DNA of 52,607 nt from assembly GCA_032718475.1 (NCBI GenBank), contig JAUCBJ010007403.1:1-52607 (forward strand). The letters are read 5' to 3'. Within the stretch, counting starts at the first letter, position 1. Each line of letters opens with the position of its first letter. The position numbers and the translations under genes are program-made. Positions 12,740-24,585 of this stretch are shown here, one piece after another. The notes beneath the pieces are model-generated. The model was not told the DNA's origin. It saw nothing but the letters and a program-made list of their open reading frames with translations, and ran no database searches. This stretch comes from Nemertoderma westbladi. Lineage: Eukaryota > Animalia > Xenacoelomorpha.

Positions 12740-12853
12740 GATGATAAGACATTGGTGGTATTCAAAGGCAAACATTACTATATATACGATGTGGAAAAAA
12801 AGAGAATTAAAATAAAGCAGGAAATTAAGAAACGTTATGGGCGTTTCCACTAA
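12740..12853 (+). CDS. Terminal coding exon of the hemopexin-repeat gene
   Basis: TTTTTATTTCAG acceptor; DDKTLVVFKGKHYYIYDVEKKRIKIKQEIKKRYGRFH*; in phase with the donor at 707. Confidence 0.7.
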   Translation, partial: DDKTLVVFKGKHYYIYDVEKKRIKIKQEIKKRYGRFH

Positions 12854-13598
12854 TACTATATAAGAGAGATGCAGGCCAACAATTCAGACTAAGTTGTAAA
12901 ATGAATGTTTGGGTAAATGTTTGGTGACGGGAATGTTGGAGTGCTTGGTAGAATTGGTCTTTTTGATGACATAGACCCTTCTCCATAATTTATTCAAAAA
13001 ATGAACAATATATTATGGGTGTACTTTACTATTTCGACCTTGGTATATTAGTATATTGTGTATAAAGTAGGCCATGGTAGATAGGCCTACTGGTGGAGGT
13101 TTTGCTACCGGTAACTAGTTTTAGTATGTATTGCAGTGCGGTACTTATAACGGCCAGACAATTGATAATAGACAGGCATGGACAGTAGTCACTCCTTCTA
13201 TACATTACATGGCGCTGCGAGTAGGGTCTTACTGATAAAACTACTATATAATGAACAGTGTGTTCTAGTTTTATGTGAGACAGAAGGACCACTCCATTAT
13301 TTATGCTATACGGAGTCAACTTACCGAACCTGCAGTGCGCAGGACTGCAAGTACTGACTGACTGAAGTACAGAAGTACTGGTAGTGTAATACCGGTACTG
13401 AAATATCAGCTAGGCAACTAGGGCTGGATAGCTCTTGTCCACCATTATCAGGTGAAAGCTGAATAATGACGACTAAAACAGGCCTTGATATTTCTGGTTT
13501 GAAGGCTTCTCGTCGGGGTTTTAAATCTGCTGTAACCAAAGCTCAACGTCAAAGCTCTAAGTTACGAGGTAATTGAACCAGCAGATCATTCATTTCCG

Positions 13599-15845
13599 AT
13601 GCAGATTTCGATACGGATTAGTGACTGGTCGAAGAAGTTTGACCGTTTTAGAGAGAGCGATATGGCCGTTTTGTGTCACCCAGATGCAGTAGCAACAGAT
13701 GGGGACAAAGATATTGACGATTTCGAGGAAGATCTACTTAAAGCACAAGAGCAACTAGCTGAGTTTGAAACTCTGGCCAATGCTCACAATGCGCGCGAAA
13801 TAGCTATTGCGGCTGCCATGGCCAATTCCAGTACATCCTCAATTAGGCCTACTGATGAAAGACAATGGCGGGGTAGAGAACTACAGGATAACTTACCTAA
13901 AACAACAGCTCGATGCCCTGTAACACTGGAATCGGATGCAGATTTTAGAAGGTTTAAGGAATGGCGAGCTCTGTGGAATAATTACTATAACTTAATGGAT
14001 CTTGAATCGCGAAGCCAGACCAAACAAGTTGCATGTTTTTGGGATTGTTGCTCCCCAGGATTTTTAACTATTATTCATCGCACGCTATCAATCCCTGCAG
14101 ATACTGATTTAGATATTGAAGAAATTCATAATCATATTCAAGAATATCTTCGTTCACTCCGTAACGCAAATTTGGATTGGCGGTCATTGCTTTCAATAAG
14201 ACAGAAAGAAAGCCAAAGTTATACTTCTGTGTGTAACGAAATAATCGAGTTGGGAGAGTATGCCAGTACATCAACTGTTACAGCAGATAGGTTGCATACT
14301 GCATTATTAATACTTGCGATATCCAACTATCAAGACTGCGAAAAATTAATCGCCCAGGATCAGCCACTAGATTTCAATGCATCACGAAAATTTATAATTA
14401 CATTAGAATCTGCACGAATAGCTTCTAAAAGCTTAGGAAAGGTAAGTCATTGTGTTGATACATCTATTAATATAAATAGAACTGAATATAATAAGAGAAA
14501 ATGGAATGTAAAACAAAGTGATGACAAATCCCGCAAAGTTACTAAACCTAGAATTAAGGAAATAAAGAAAAAAGATTTTATTAATACTGATCGATGTGGC
14601 CAGTGTGGTCAATGTGGTCATCAGACAATGAATAAGTGCCCTGCATTAAATTCAACATGTGTTTGTTGTGATGGCAAGGATTATTCCATTGTGTGTCCAT
14701 CTCAAAAATTAGCTGCAATCAACCTCTCCAATCAAATGGTGAGACCTCAGACTCTTGATCCTAATAGTATGACGGATCCTCCTGAACTGTACTCATTGTT
14801 CAAAGATCTAGTGTTACCCGAACAATTAGTCGGTGGCACTCCGGTTGTGGGCTCTCTAGATATTCGCCCATCCTACCTAGCCGGATTGGGACGTGGACAG
14901 CTAATATCGCCGTTCAACCCGTATTATTGTCCCGGTTTAACCCCTATACAACCTGTCACCGAGGTGGAGGAGAGCGTTGTACGAAATGCGTTAGACGCTA
15001 TTCGACAAAAGATCGGAAAGGGAACCTACGATTGTTTAGACAAACATAAATTGCAACAACAAGTCCAAGCGGTAAAAGAATTGGCTTTACCCCAGTTCGA
15101 TCGGGAAATCCAGAATCTCGAAGAAGATATCGAACTTGGACGAACATACTCTCTACAAGAGTTCTTGGACGAACGCTTCCAACGACAAGCGGAGGAAAAT
15201 CAGCTCGAGGAGAAGCACATCGAAATGGATGAGAGAGAGGAAGCAGCTTTAGCCCAGCCAGAAGCTCAAATTCTTATGACTGATCTCTATTCCAAAACCA
15301 TCATTCATCCTTTGATGGTTCCCCATTTCGGAGACAAGCTCTTCGCCACGGTACAACCCCAACCGGTTGATATCAACTTAAGATCTAGAGATCTTATCGC
15401 TGACGCTCCTATGTTACAACGTCCGCCAATCGAGGCCGCTCTTGTCGACGGTATACTCGTTGAACCTCCGGACAATCGAGTGGATCTTGTCCATCGTATG
15501 GTACACGAGGTCAACCTACACGCTAGACCTTTACCAAACTCATTTTATGGGATCAAAGATCACCCTTATTATGTCAATCTGACTCAATATTATATGGTGA
15601 AACCGGAAGATCCTACGCACAGTTTAAAGTTTCTACCATTGATAAACCCCCTTGATCTTGTTGAACTCGAACAACTACAGAAACATTTAGATCAATTGGT
15701 TAAAGCAAACTCATTCAGAAAACCTTATAATGTTTCAAGAATAGAAAAGGACATAATACCTCCGTATAATCTCGATGGATTTATTAAAACTCGATTAGTC
15801 CATTGGAATGTCGACGTATTATTTGAGGAAGAGAGAATACAGTGA
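13599..15845 (+). pseudogene. gag (to ~14715) fused in frame to the N-terminal part of the accessory ORF
   Basis: gag motifs in the first ~370 aa; the same frame continues past TGA 15843-15845 into the YDNEG segment at 15933. Confidence 0.65.
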
Positions 15846-18287
15846 TACGGAGATGCAGAGACTTATACTACACATTATCTGAAGTATAGCGATTTACCTA
15901 ACGCAAGCGAACGCGCAACCTTCTGGCATCCAGTGGGTATGACCATAGAAAACGCTACCAAAGAGTGGATCGAAACTCTTAACGTTATCGAAATGTATGG
16001 AGTTGTCACTTATGATAATGAAGGTAGCGTTCCGGTTGGAGAACTGGGAACTACGCGAATGATACACATACGAGGACTAGCTGGTTCTACCCATGTGTTT
16101 ACTCGAGCGTGTTCCAACGTGATCGATTATTCTTTTTGAGAGTCTCACCGAGATACAAAAGAAACTCCGACATGGACAATTCGAACTCGCGCAGCGTTAT
16201 GTTACCGATACTGAGCGCAAACCGGCCATGGGTATAGATGGATCTATGCTACCCCAGCCAGTGCTTGAGATGCTGTTTGACGAGAGAATCCTTAAAATCG
16301 GCTCAGCTGTTTATGGAGATCTCCAAAATGACTTCAGAAACATGGAGAATATCCCATATCCTTTCGTAGACACCCAGCTGATTGCACCATGGGCAGAAGG
16401 CCGAGGTTTCTTCCGAACTATGTATGCCAATACATCAAGCAGAATCAATAAAGTACAACGAACCTCTATCGGACATCTTGCCTTCCAAGAATACGGATGG
16501 AATTTCAAAGTTGGAAACCCTCTCAGTTACCAACAAATATATGGAGATCATTATTCTCGATTATATTTTGACGGACCATTTACCGCACCTGGTGTCGTCT
16601 ATAGCTTTATGAGTGTTCCACTCCATCCCTCATTAGCTATATACACTATCTTCGAGAACGCCGCACTTGTCGGTTGGCTAGCCGATGTGTGCAGTCGCAC
16701 TATACACGCTCATCCCTTACTGCTTGGAGCCAAACTCGCCAAGCTAGATTCACACAATAAATTCATACGATTCGAATGCTTTAGGCGCTTTCTGACTCCA
16801 TTCCGCAACGTTGATAGTCAGTTCAAGGACCGCGCTTTGACCAAGTTCAGCTTAAGAGACTCAGCTGCTGAGAAGTTGGACAGTGCTGGCTTCGCCATTT
16901 TTAAGGACGTTTGTATACAGAACTTACGTTCATCTGTCATACAAACACCCCGAATTCCCACAGGTTACTCTATTGTGGAAGTTCAAACAGTGGGTTCACT
17001 TGAGGAAACAGCTGCACCTACCTCAGCTATGCAATTGGAAGAAGAACCAATTTGCTTGGAGTCCGAGGAGATTCAACCCATAGCGCCCAGGAGCAGCGAC
17101 AATGATTATGTGCTGGAATGGTATCACGGTCCACAATGTCTCACAGCATACGATTATCGGCATGCCAATTATGTTTCTAGGAAATGTTGCCGATTAAGTG
17201 CATCACGAGATCACTTTACCCCTGTGGACTCCAGCGTACCCTGCTCCTACTTTAAAGATCAACCTGCTATGGAGATTTATTGTGCGTATTGTAGACTCAA
17301 TAATCTACACATCTTCGCAGTCTGTCCTCAATTTATGACTCAATGTCATCATTGTCAGTTCAAAGGACACGCAAGTTTCGATTGCGCTTTCAACCGAGAT
17401 CTAGAAAGCGTAGACGAAATGGTTGCCCTGCGATACATCAGAGCTTGGGAAGTTACCAGTTAAATAACTGGGAGCAAATCTTGGGATAGGAGTAGCGACC
17501 ACCCCTACCCTCGGGTAGCAGCTATCGAAAGAGGAGCCTTTGGGTCGCCTCCGGCTTCGGCCGACTGTTTGCTTTTGCTTTTGCTTGCTTGGGAAGCTAA
17601 CGCGGATCTCCATTGCGAATCACGTCATCGATACTATCCCGGACGTGCCTATGAAGGAGTCTATACGTTCCACCCCTATCTCTTTGCTTCCGTCGAGCAA
17701 AAATCTCACACTCCTAGCTACGAGCTGATGAAGCGTGTAGGCGAGAATATTTCAACTAAATTTGTTCACAAGTATCTTAGGAATAATTTAATCCTAATAA
17801 CCTGAATTCCTATAACTTGATCAACTTCATCCGTCAAGATCCGGAATACGGTGACTTGTTCATAAACTCGCATCCAGAGCTACAAGAAGTTCATAGACGA
17901 CCATATGAATATAAAGCCAGAGAACGCGAGTTGGAAAGAACCATCAAACCGAGGAAATTTCTCACTACACACAGTCAACCTACCGCTATCGTGCAAATGA
18001 CCCATCAGGGACCAGTAAGAGCTGCTGTCCTGAAACGCGATCTAAAGGTTGTTCGACCTCGTTCCACCGATGTTGACATCGATCAACCGGGTACCTCGAC
18101 CGGCGGATACACCGACCGTAATCCGAAACCTTCCGATGCAATTGTATTGCACCCCTCACCCAGGAGTTATAGCCCTCCTAGTAAAGTGGCTCTCCCCAAA
18201 GAGAAAAAGACTCTTACTAGCCTCATGCGGACATATTTCATCTTTTATAAGGAAAGACAGGGGCATATACGCATAATCTTTATATAA
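15846..18287 (+). pseudogene. Disrupted DEDDy-like 3'-5' exonuclease plus CCHC zinc-knuckle ORF, homologous to BEL ORF3
   Basis: Co-linear motifs with ORF3: GVVTYDNEG, MLPQPVLEMLFDERILKIGSAVYGDL, PFVDTQ, LADVCSRT..HPLLLG, FRRFLTPF, AGFAIFKDV, CHHCQFKGHASFDC. Broken by stops, frameshifts and a retroposon insertion. Confidence 0.85.
17453..17586 (+). mobile_element. 5'-truncated SINE/LINE 3' end inserted into the exonuclease pseudogene
   Basis: 10-bp TSD GCTTGGGAAG (17443-17452, 17587-17596) and a (TTTGC)n tail. Removing it rejoins YIRAWE|ANADLH, which aligns to FDEWEDLADEH in ORF3. Confidence 0.8.
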
Positions 18288-19815
18288 TTATTCATTGACT
18301 TTGGCTCTGTCTCAGCCACACATGTTTAGGATCGTTGGATCACCGGTTTAGGATCGTTGGATCACCGACAAGTCGCGCGACGGATGAGACGTACGGCCAC
18401 TGCTGTCATCTTACTACTGGGAACTACTGTCAGCTGGTGAGAGAAACAATGGTCAGCCATTGTCATTGATGAAAAGTATTCTAAAAGAGTGATTATGTAT
18501 ATGAATTGGAGAGTTACATGTTACATGACTGAAAGGCTGATGGTGAACTTTGTGGAGGTGCAGAAATCAAATTATCGTTACTCCTACTCTTCAGAATCAT
18601 TATCACAGTATTTTTACCAAACGTGGCATCAACTCTACAGGTCTACACAAAGTAACCACGTAGTGCGTAGCAGTAACCAGCAACGGGAACCGTTGGATTT
18701 AATCACCTTGCAGAGACTAAGGTTGTAATAATGTTTGAGTTTGTGAATGGATTTTACTCAAATTACTTGCAAGCCTTTTCAACTTCGGTGCTATTTCTAT
18801 ACATGCAATAAAATATAATAAATTCTACCAAAAATTTTTTATTTCAATGCAATTCTATCAGTTACATATTTTTAGAAAAAAAGTAGAACTTTTTCTCCCG
18901 ATTTTAGGGTATATTCAAGACATATATTTAGTCCCCACGTCCGTGTACCAGTAGTGCAATGTAGTTTTTACTACATCTGATACGCTAACTGACTTAGGGG
19001 CACCTAAATTTATATAGTACAGTACGCCTCGGAACGTTAAGGATTTTACGGGTTTGGAGGGGTTACGGTCAATCTGTATAGGTCTCGACGAAACTATAAG
19101 GGTGCAACTTCATACAATAGCGATTCCATTACCATTTGGGAATAGTATTCCAAATCGTATCTACACTGCTACGAAAATGACGTGTTTCTAGTTATTTCCG
19201 CTTTTCCGCATTTGTATGTACCGGTTCCATGAGCCTAAGCATTTAGCATGACAATTCTCTCGTATCTCATCTGGACCAATCAGTAAACAGTATTCGCCTA
19301 CGCCTATGCATGCGCGTATGTCCAATCGCTGAATGCAATGTATGGATACGTACGTACATACGGACGGTGTTATGCAAAAGCAGGGTGTTATCCCACATTT
19401 TGTCGAAATTGAGTTTTTTGGTACCATTAGATAGAGGAAAGTATGTAATCAACCTAATTAATGAGATCCTATTGCCCAATAATACGAAGAAATGCCTTAA
19501 AATACAAGAAAGTTAAGCCACAGTACGGATTTGTTATTAGTCAAAGAGTGTTAAACCACAAATAAAATTGCAAAAAAGATTTAATCCACATAATAATTGT
19601 GTGGCTTGACATCGCGTTGCAAGTATGACACCTTTTTTTGACAATTTAACGTTAAACACTTTGACATCAATATCTCAAATTGAACTTTCGGGGCTTTAAC
19701 ACCCTTTTGCATAAGATTCAAACACCAACGTGGATACAAACGTACGGCATTACGTGGAAAAGATTAACCCTTTATGGTAGGAAATTTGAATGTCTCATAT
19801 CATCTCACTAAGTAG

Positions 19816-21445
19816 ACTACTACTACTACTAGGTCGAGCGAACTCGGACAGTGGAAATGAGATCCTTCCAGGCTTCCCGAATCTCCATAGTTGTCGCAAT
19901 TTCGTTTCTCCCAAGTTCAGTATCCCTTTCAAGTTGATCTATATATGTTATGGCCGGTTGTCCACGACAGCAGTGCCCACTGAATCTTAATCTGCATTCA
20001 CGGAGGGTGGTTGATACAGGTGGTATTGTACCATAAAGCTCGGCGTTTGTCATGTGTTGTCTCCAGCTGATGTTTAGGGCTGCCCTTAGTAGTCTTGTGT
20101 AGCAACCATCAATTCGTTGTTCAAGTGATTTAGTCAGTGTCCAGGTCTCACCCCCGTATAAAAATACACTTTCCACTGTGGCTCGAAAGAACTTGGTCTT
20201 CAGGTGCCTGGAGAGATCTGATTTCCAGATGGTATCCATTTTTGATAGAGCTACCCAAGCCTTTGCTTTCCTAACTTCTATGTCCTTTTTGCTACTCTCT
20301 ATCCATGATCCAAGGTACTGGAAGTCATCGACCTGCCTTAGTTGATTATTATCAATAGTTGTCAAGTTTCCATCAACATTAAAGGTCATGAATTCGGTCT
20401 TGATAGCATTTATATGCAATCCAACCTCCTTAGCAGCCCTCTCCACTTTATTTAGTAGAAGCTGTGCATCTGCTAGTGTATTAGAGAGCAGGGCGATGTC
20501 ATCCGCAAAGTCGGTGTCTGTGACTGTAGTTGCCGGATATCTACTACTTGTGCGTTCTTGAAGTGTGAATCCCAGATCTTCACCCTTTGTGGCCGTCCTC
20601 ATTGCGTAATCCAGCACAATTACAAATAGTAATGGTGCTAATGTGTCACCTTGCAGTACGCCAGCCAGGATTGAGAAAAACTCAGTTTCACCATCTGGTG
20701 AGAGTACCTGCGCTTCTGTGTCACAATATAGCAATCCAATGCCAGCAACAATTACTTCTGGTATTCCATAAGCTCTTAGGATTTCAAGCATTTTACCTCT
20801 ATGGATGGAGTCGAATGCCTTCTTGAAGTCCACAAAAGTCGACTGCGGGGAGATTCTTGACTTGATTCCTTCAATCAGTCTCCGTAGTGCAAGTATCTGA
20901 GCTATTGTCGATCTACTTGGTCGAAATCCGTTTTAGCTCTTACGCAGTAGTTTCTCTATGTGAGGCCTAATCCTATATAGAATCATTTTATTGTATATTT
21001 TGGCAGCTACCACAAGCAGACAGATCCCACGATAGTTTGTTGGTATGCCGAGGTCTCCTTTCTTGGGGAGAGGCTTTAGTTGACCTTTAGTCCAAATTGG
21101 TGGTGGCTTTTCCCCTTTTAACATCCGGTTGCAAACATTCAATAATGGTCTATTTAGCACTCCGGTTTTCCATACCTCCGCTGGGATTTCATCTAAATCC
21201 ACTCGCTTTATTATTGGACATGCTTTTAATGGTTCTTTGGAGTTCGGCAGGTGTGAAGTCCCCTGTTTTTATAGGTAGTGTCTTGTCATATATTTTCCTT
21301 GTAGGGCTGACATCGATGTTTGGTGGCTGCCCAAGCAAGTTGCTGAAGTGATTTTTCCACTTCCCAACACGTTCTTCAGGACTATCGGCTTTGAGGCGCC
21401 CCTTTGCACAACTTTTCCGACCAGATACCTCATTTACAGTTTGCA
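19816..21445 (-). mobile_element. RTE-clade LINE family 2, 5'-truncated and frameshifted
   Basis: PKKGDL..PTNYRGI, DFKKAFDSIHR, GVLQGDTLAP, TDFADDIAL, FQYLGSW and RLRFSGHC motifs; the stop runs into a (TAG)n tail; ORF split into three pieces. Confidence 0.95.
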
Positions 21446-22298
21446 ATGAAACCCAAAAACTGATACCACTAAAGGCTAAATAAAATACATGAAACCAAAA
21501 TAAGAATGAACCCAAATGAGAATAGTGCCCAAAACTTTGGGTTTCATCTATTTACTACCGGTCTGATTTGTTTATTTCTCTATTTCAGTATTTGGTTTCA
21601 TTTCCTGTATTATATTGGTCAATTGGTACTGTGCCGTATTTAGATAGGGTAGGGACTCACAGTACACTGCTGATGATGGAGCTGTGTTTCCCCGGGTACA
21701 GTGTTTAAATCCTGAAACCCTTTATTTTTATCAAATTTAGTATGTAGACTTACCCCTTTCGGCGGACTAAATGTCCTGTATTTTCTAATATATAGGATAG
21801 TTATTCGTGCAGTTATTAAAGTGTTTATTTGTAGTTAGGTTTCATTTTTGATAGGAGACTGGATCACATTGTTTCTATATATATATTTCGCCAGTCAGGT
21901 TGTACTGTACCCATCTTGTTTCCTATAGTATATTATATATATATATTATATAATAGCTATTAATAACCTCGTAGCTATAAACTACTGTAGTAACATGGCT
22001 CCAAACGCCACAATAAGTACAAAGCTAACCTTTTTATAACGTATATATAACGTGATTTTTACATTTATTTATACAGCAACTGATTTAATTTGTGCAGTTC
22101 CTATCACTTATAATATAAACAATAATTTCGCAATGTTACAAACTTGGAATAAAACTATGTACATACATACTTGTTGCAAAGTACTTTACAGTGTTCTGAC
22201 CCTCGTGGCTTTATTTTCACTCACTCACTAACGTTCGTTCGTGTAACAAAGCATTCAGATCATGTGCTACTTTATACACAAGTATGTAAATAGCAGAT

Positions 22299-22515
22299 AG
22301 GGGGGAAACTGGACGCAATAAAAATTAATTCCTCTCCAGGGGAAATTGGACTCAAATTACAGCTGATTACCCTCAAAAATAAAACTGTACCTGTTCTATT
22401 ATGTTTAGTTTATTGCTTTGGTTAAAATGTAACCTGCTCCTTTCCCTAAATTGAGAATTTAACATTGAGTCGGGATATTAATTCGCCAAGATGGGATTTG
22501 CGTCCAGTCCCACCC
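22299..22515. mobile_element. MITE, ~215 bp, copy 1
   Basis: TIRs GGGGGAAACTGGACGCAA / TTGCGTCCAGTCCC; a second copy lies in the opposite orientation at 44480-44705. Confidence 0.75.
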
Positions 22516-22782
22516 CCCCCCCCCCTCCCCCCAGGTTGTATACCCATCCTGTCATCACTATTTTTGCTTAGAAATACAGTGTCCATGTTCTGATTCTGCC
22601 GGCTTTTAATTTATTAACGTAACCAAATTGTAACGTATAATAAACTTAATTATAGTTATAGAATTATATTCCCTAAATACCGTGGATTTTCAAAATTTTA
22701 TTTTATTCGAATTAACTTTGTAAAGATTGCTTTGAGTTCTCATTCGTATTGGTTCTATCATTTGTACATCTATCGGTCAAGT

Positions 22783-22869
22783 GGTTCAGTAGCTCAGTCG
22801 GTAGAGCGTTGGAAATTATATGTGTAGTAGGTATTGAGTTCAAATCCTAGTAAGTGCGAATTATTTTTT
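22783..22869 (+). ncRNA. tRNA-derived Pol III-like unit in LTR U3 (not a functional tRNA)
   Basis: A box TAGCTCAGTCGGTAGAGC, B box GAGTTCAAATCC and a T6 run at 22864-22869; acceptor and anticodon stems do not pair. Confidence 0.55.
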
Positions 22870-22919
22870 GTGTAGAATTTCAACTCATTTAAATTAACCG
22901 CTACAAATTAATTGCATTT

Positions 22920-23100
22920 GTCTGTACCAATGAGACTGTAGTTATTTGATTGTAACCAATGTCGTGCAAGTTATATATTAGCTGGACCAATAGCTATCTT
23001 TAAAACCTTGTTAGAACCCATAGAACAATCGAGAATTTTCTCGATTGATTGCGGCACAAATTTAGTATATAAAGGTGCGATTCGTTCATTAGTTATCTCA
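22920..23100 (+). promoter_or_regulatory. LTR Pol II promoter: three CCAAT boxes and TATATAAA (23066-23073)
   Basis: Motifs read directly; candidate poly(A) signals AATAAA at 23217 and 23799. Confidence 0.55.
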
Positions 23101-24574
23101 ATCACAATCACAATATCCTATATCTTATATCTCAATCTTTCTCAGATTATCTTATCAATATTCTGTCGTGCTTAGTTTATTCTCAGATTACATTGTATTA
23201 TAATTGTATCTTCTGTAATAAAGTCAGAATATTCTCTCAGCCTTTCTATCTGTTTTACTATGGATTCACTACGGTGAACAAACTCAGGGACAGGATGGCC
23301 GGCTAGAGATCGGGCCGCAGCAATGAACGGGAACATCACGGGAATGTAGACGAGAGACAACCCGCAATACCATTTAGAGTTATTCGCCCATCGCCTGAAA
23401 GGTTAGACAGCGTTCGATCCTTGCTACCTAAGTATAAGACCAAAAGATCAAAAGGTAGACGTAGTGACACGCTGTAAGCCCAAAATTACATCATAGGGAC
23501 TGTACTGTCTTGATTCAGGAAAACCCACAGTAGACCTTCACATTCCTACGGGGAGGGAGAGCGCAGGCAGATACTAGTACGCAGATAGGACGTAGGCACA
23601 CCGGTACAAGGCATACACATTGGTTAGGGTGCAGCAAACTGTACGCTTAACTCTTGCTAAGTACAGGTGCGTGTGCGACTATTTGTAGTACGACAGTGTC
23701 CATTGCATTAGAACTTGTAGGCTAGGGGGGTTGCTGTGTTTTCACCTGAATTGGGATTGTACCGTTCAGGCGGTAGGGCAGTTTACGTACTAGGCGCAAA
23801 TAAATTGAGGCTATCAGGGATACTAACATCTACCGTGTCCCCGCCAACGCCCTAATAGGAAGTTACCCGGACTACCTGGGTGACTAAAATTCTAGATAGG
23901 AGCCAGGATAGCTATTAGTACCCGTACGCCTACAGTAGTAAACTAACACATCTCTTCTTAGTATCAGGGACCTGGTACCAAAAATTGCCGAATTCTGGGC
24001 GTAGTATTAACCTTATGCCTGGATTTGAGTCCTGGAAATACGCAAGAGGGGAAGGAACCTTATCATTCGTGAGTATTGGACCTACAAGTTACAAAATTAG
24101 AATATTCGTAAAATGCACACCGTACCCAGTAATTATATATGTGAAGGAGCAAAACTGCTTTTGACCGTTCAGAATTAACACACGCGCGTTAGAAATTATT
24201 TACACCTCGAAATATATAAAATTAACTTTGTCCGTACTGTGCTTTGCCCGCTAGTTAGACATCTCCAAATATCTGCCTCTGTACCTAGCTAGCGTCCCTT
24301 TGCCCAACCATATAAATCACACCGCGGCAAAGTGTACGAGCCCCTTAGTCCGTCAGTGAGTCAGCCTGATTTTAGGATTCGCTGCGCGGGATTTGTTTTA
24401 TCGAAGTTTGTCTGCTCGTAGACTGTTTTCTGCCTCACCGGTTATAAGAGATCGATACTGCAATATATTCGCTTACTTAGAGTTTACTGTTTTGGTGAGA
24501 AGGTCGGATTTATGATTTGATTTACAAACTTTACAGTAAGGATATTGCAGGTATTGTTACCGTCTCTTCCAATA

Positions 24575-24585
24575 GTAGGAATGTG
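24575..24585 (+). promoter_or_regulatory. Putative primer-binding site GTAGGAATGTG (self-priming type)
   Basis: Abuts the 5' LTR, lacks the TGG of a tRNA PBS, and is the exact reverse complement of CACATTCCTAC at 23539-23549. Confidence 0.6.

Larger units (their letters stand above)
13466..18290 (+). mobile_element. Decayed LTR-retrotransposon derivative: Gypsy/Mag-like gag fused to an exonuclease/zinc-knuckle accessory ORF, pol absent
   Basis: gag-like start MTTK..LKASRRGFKSAVTK at 13466 (frameshifted into ORF 13599); FKEWRALW, IRQKESQS and the Mag-type CGQCGH....CPALNSTC knuckle. Downstream segments are homologous to ORF 35054-38779. No LTR pair found by eye. Confidence 0.7.
22657..24574 (+). 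repeat. 5' LTR, 1918 bp, TATAG...CAATA
   Basis: Appears identical to 39685-41602 (same 62-aa antisense ORF at 23172 and 40200); boundaries fixed by the TSD. Confidence 0.95.

Noticed and set aside
13000-18800. LTR pair around the gag-exonuclease remnant
   Set aside because: No direct repeat found by eye between 13.0-13.4 kb and 18.3-18.8 kb.
22783-22858. Functional tRNA gene, or element-encoded tRNA primer, in the LTR
   Set aside because: Acceptor and anticodon stems do not pair, and its 3' end is not complementary to the PBS region.
23172-23360. 62-aa antisense ORF repeated at 40200-40388
   Set aside because: Identity simply reflects LTR duplication; non-ATG start and no recognisable motif.
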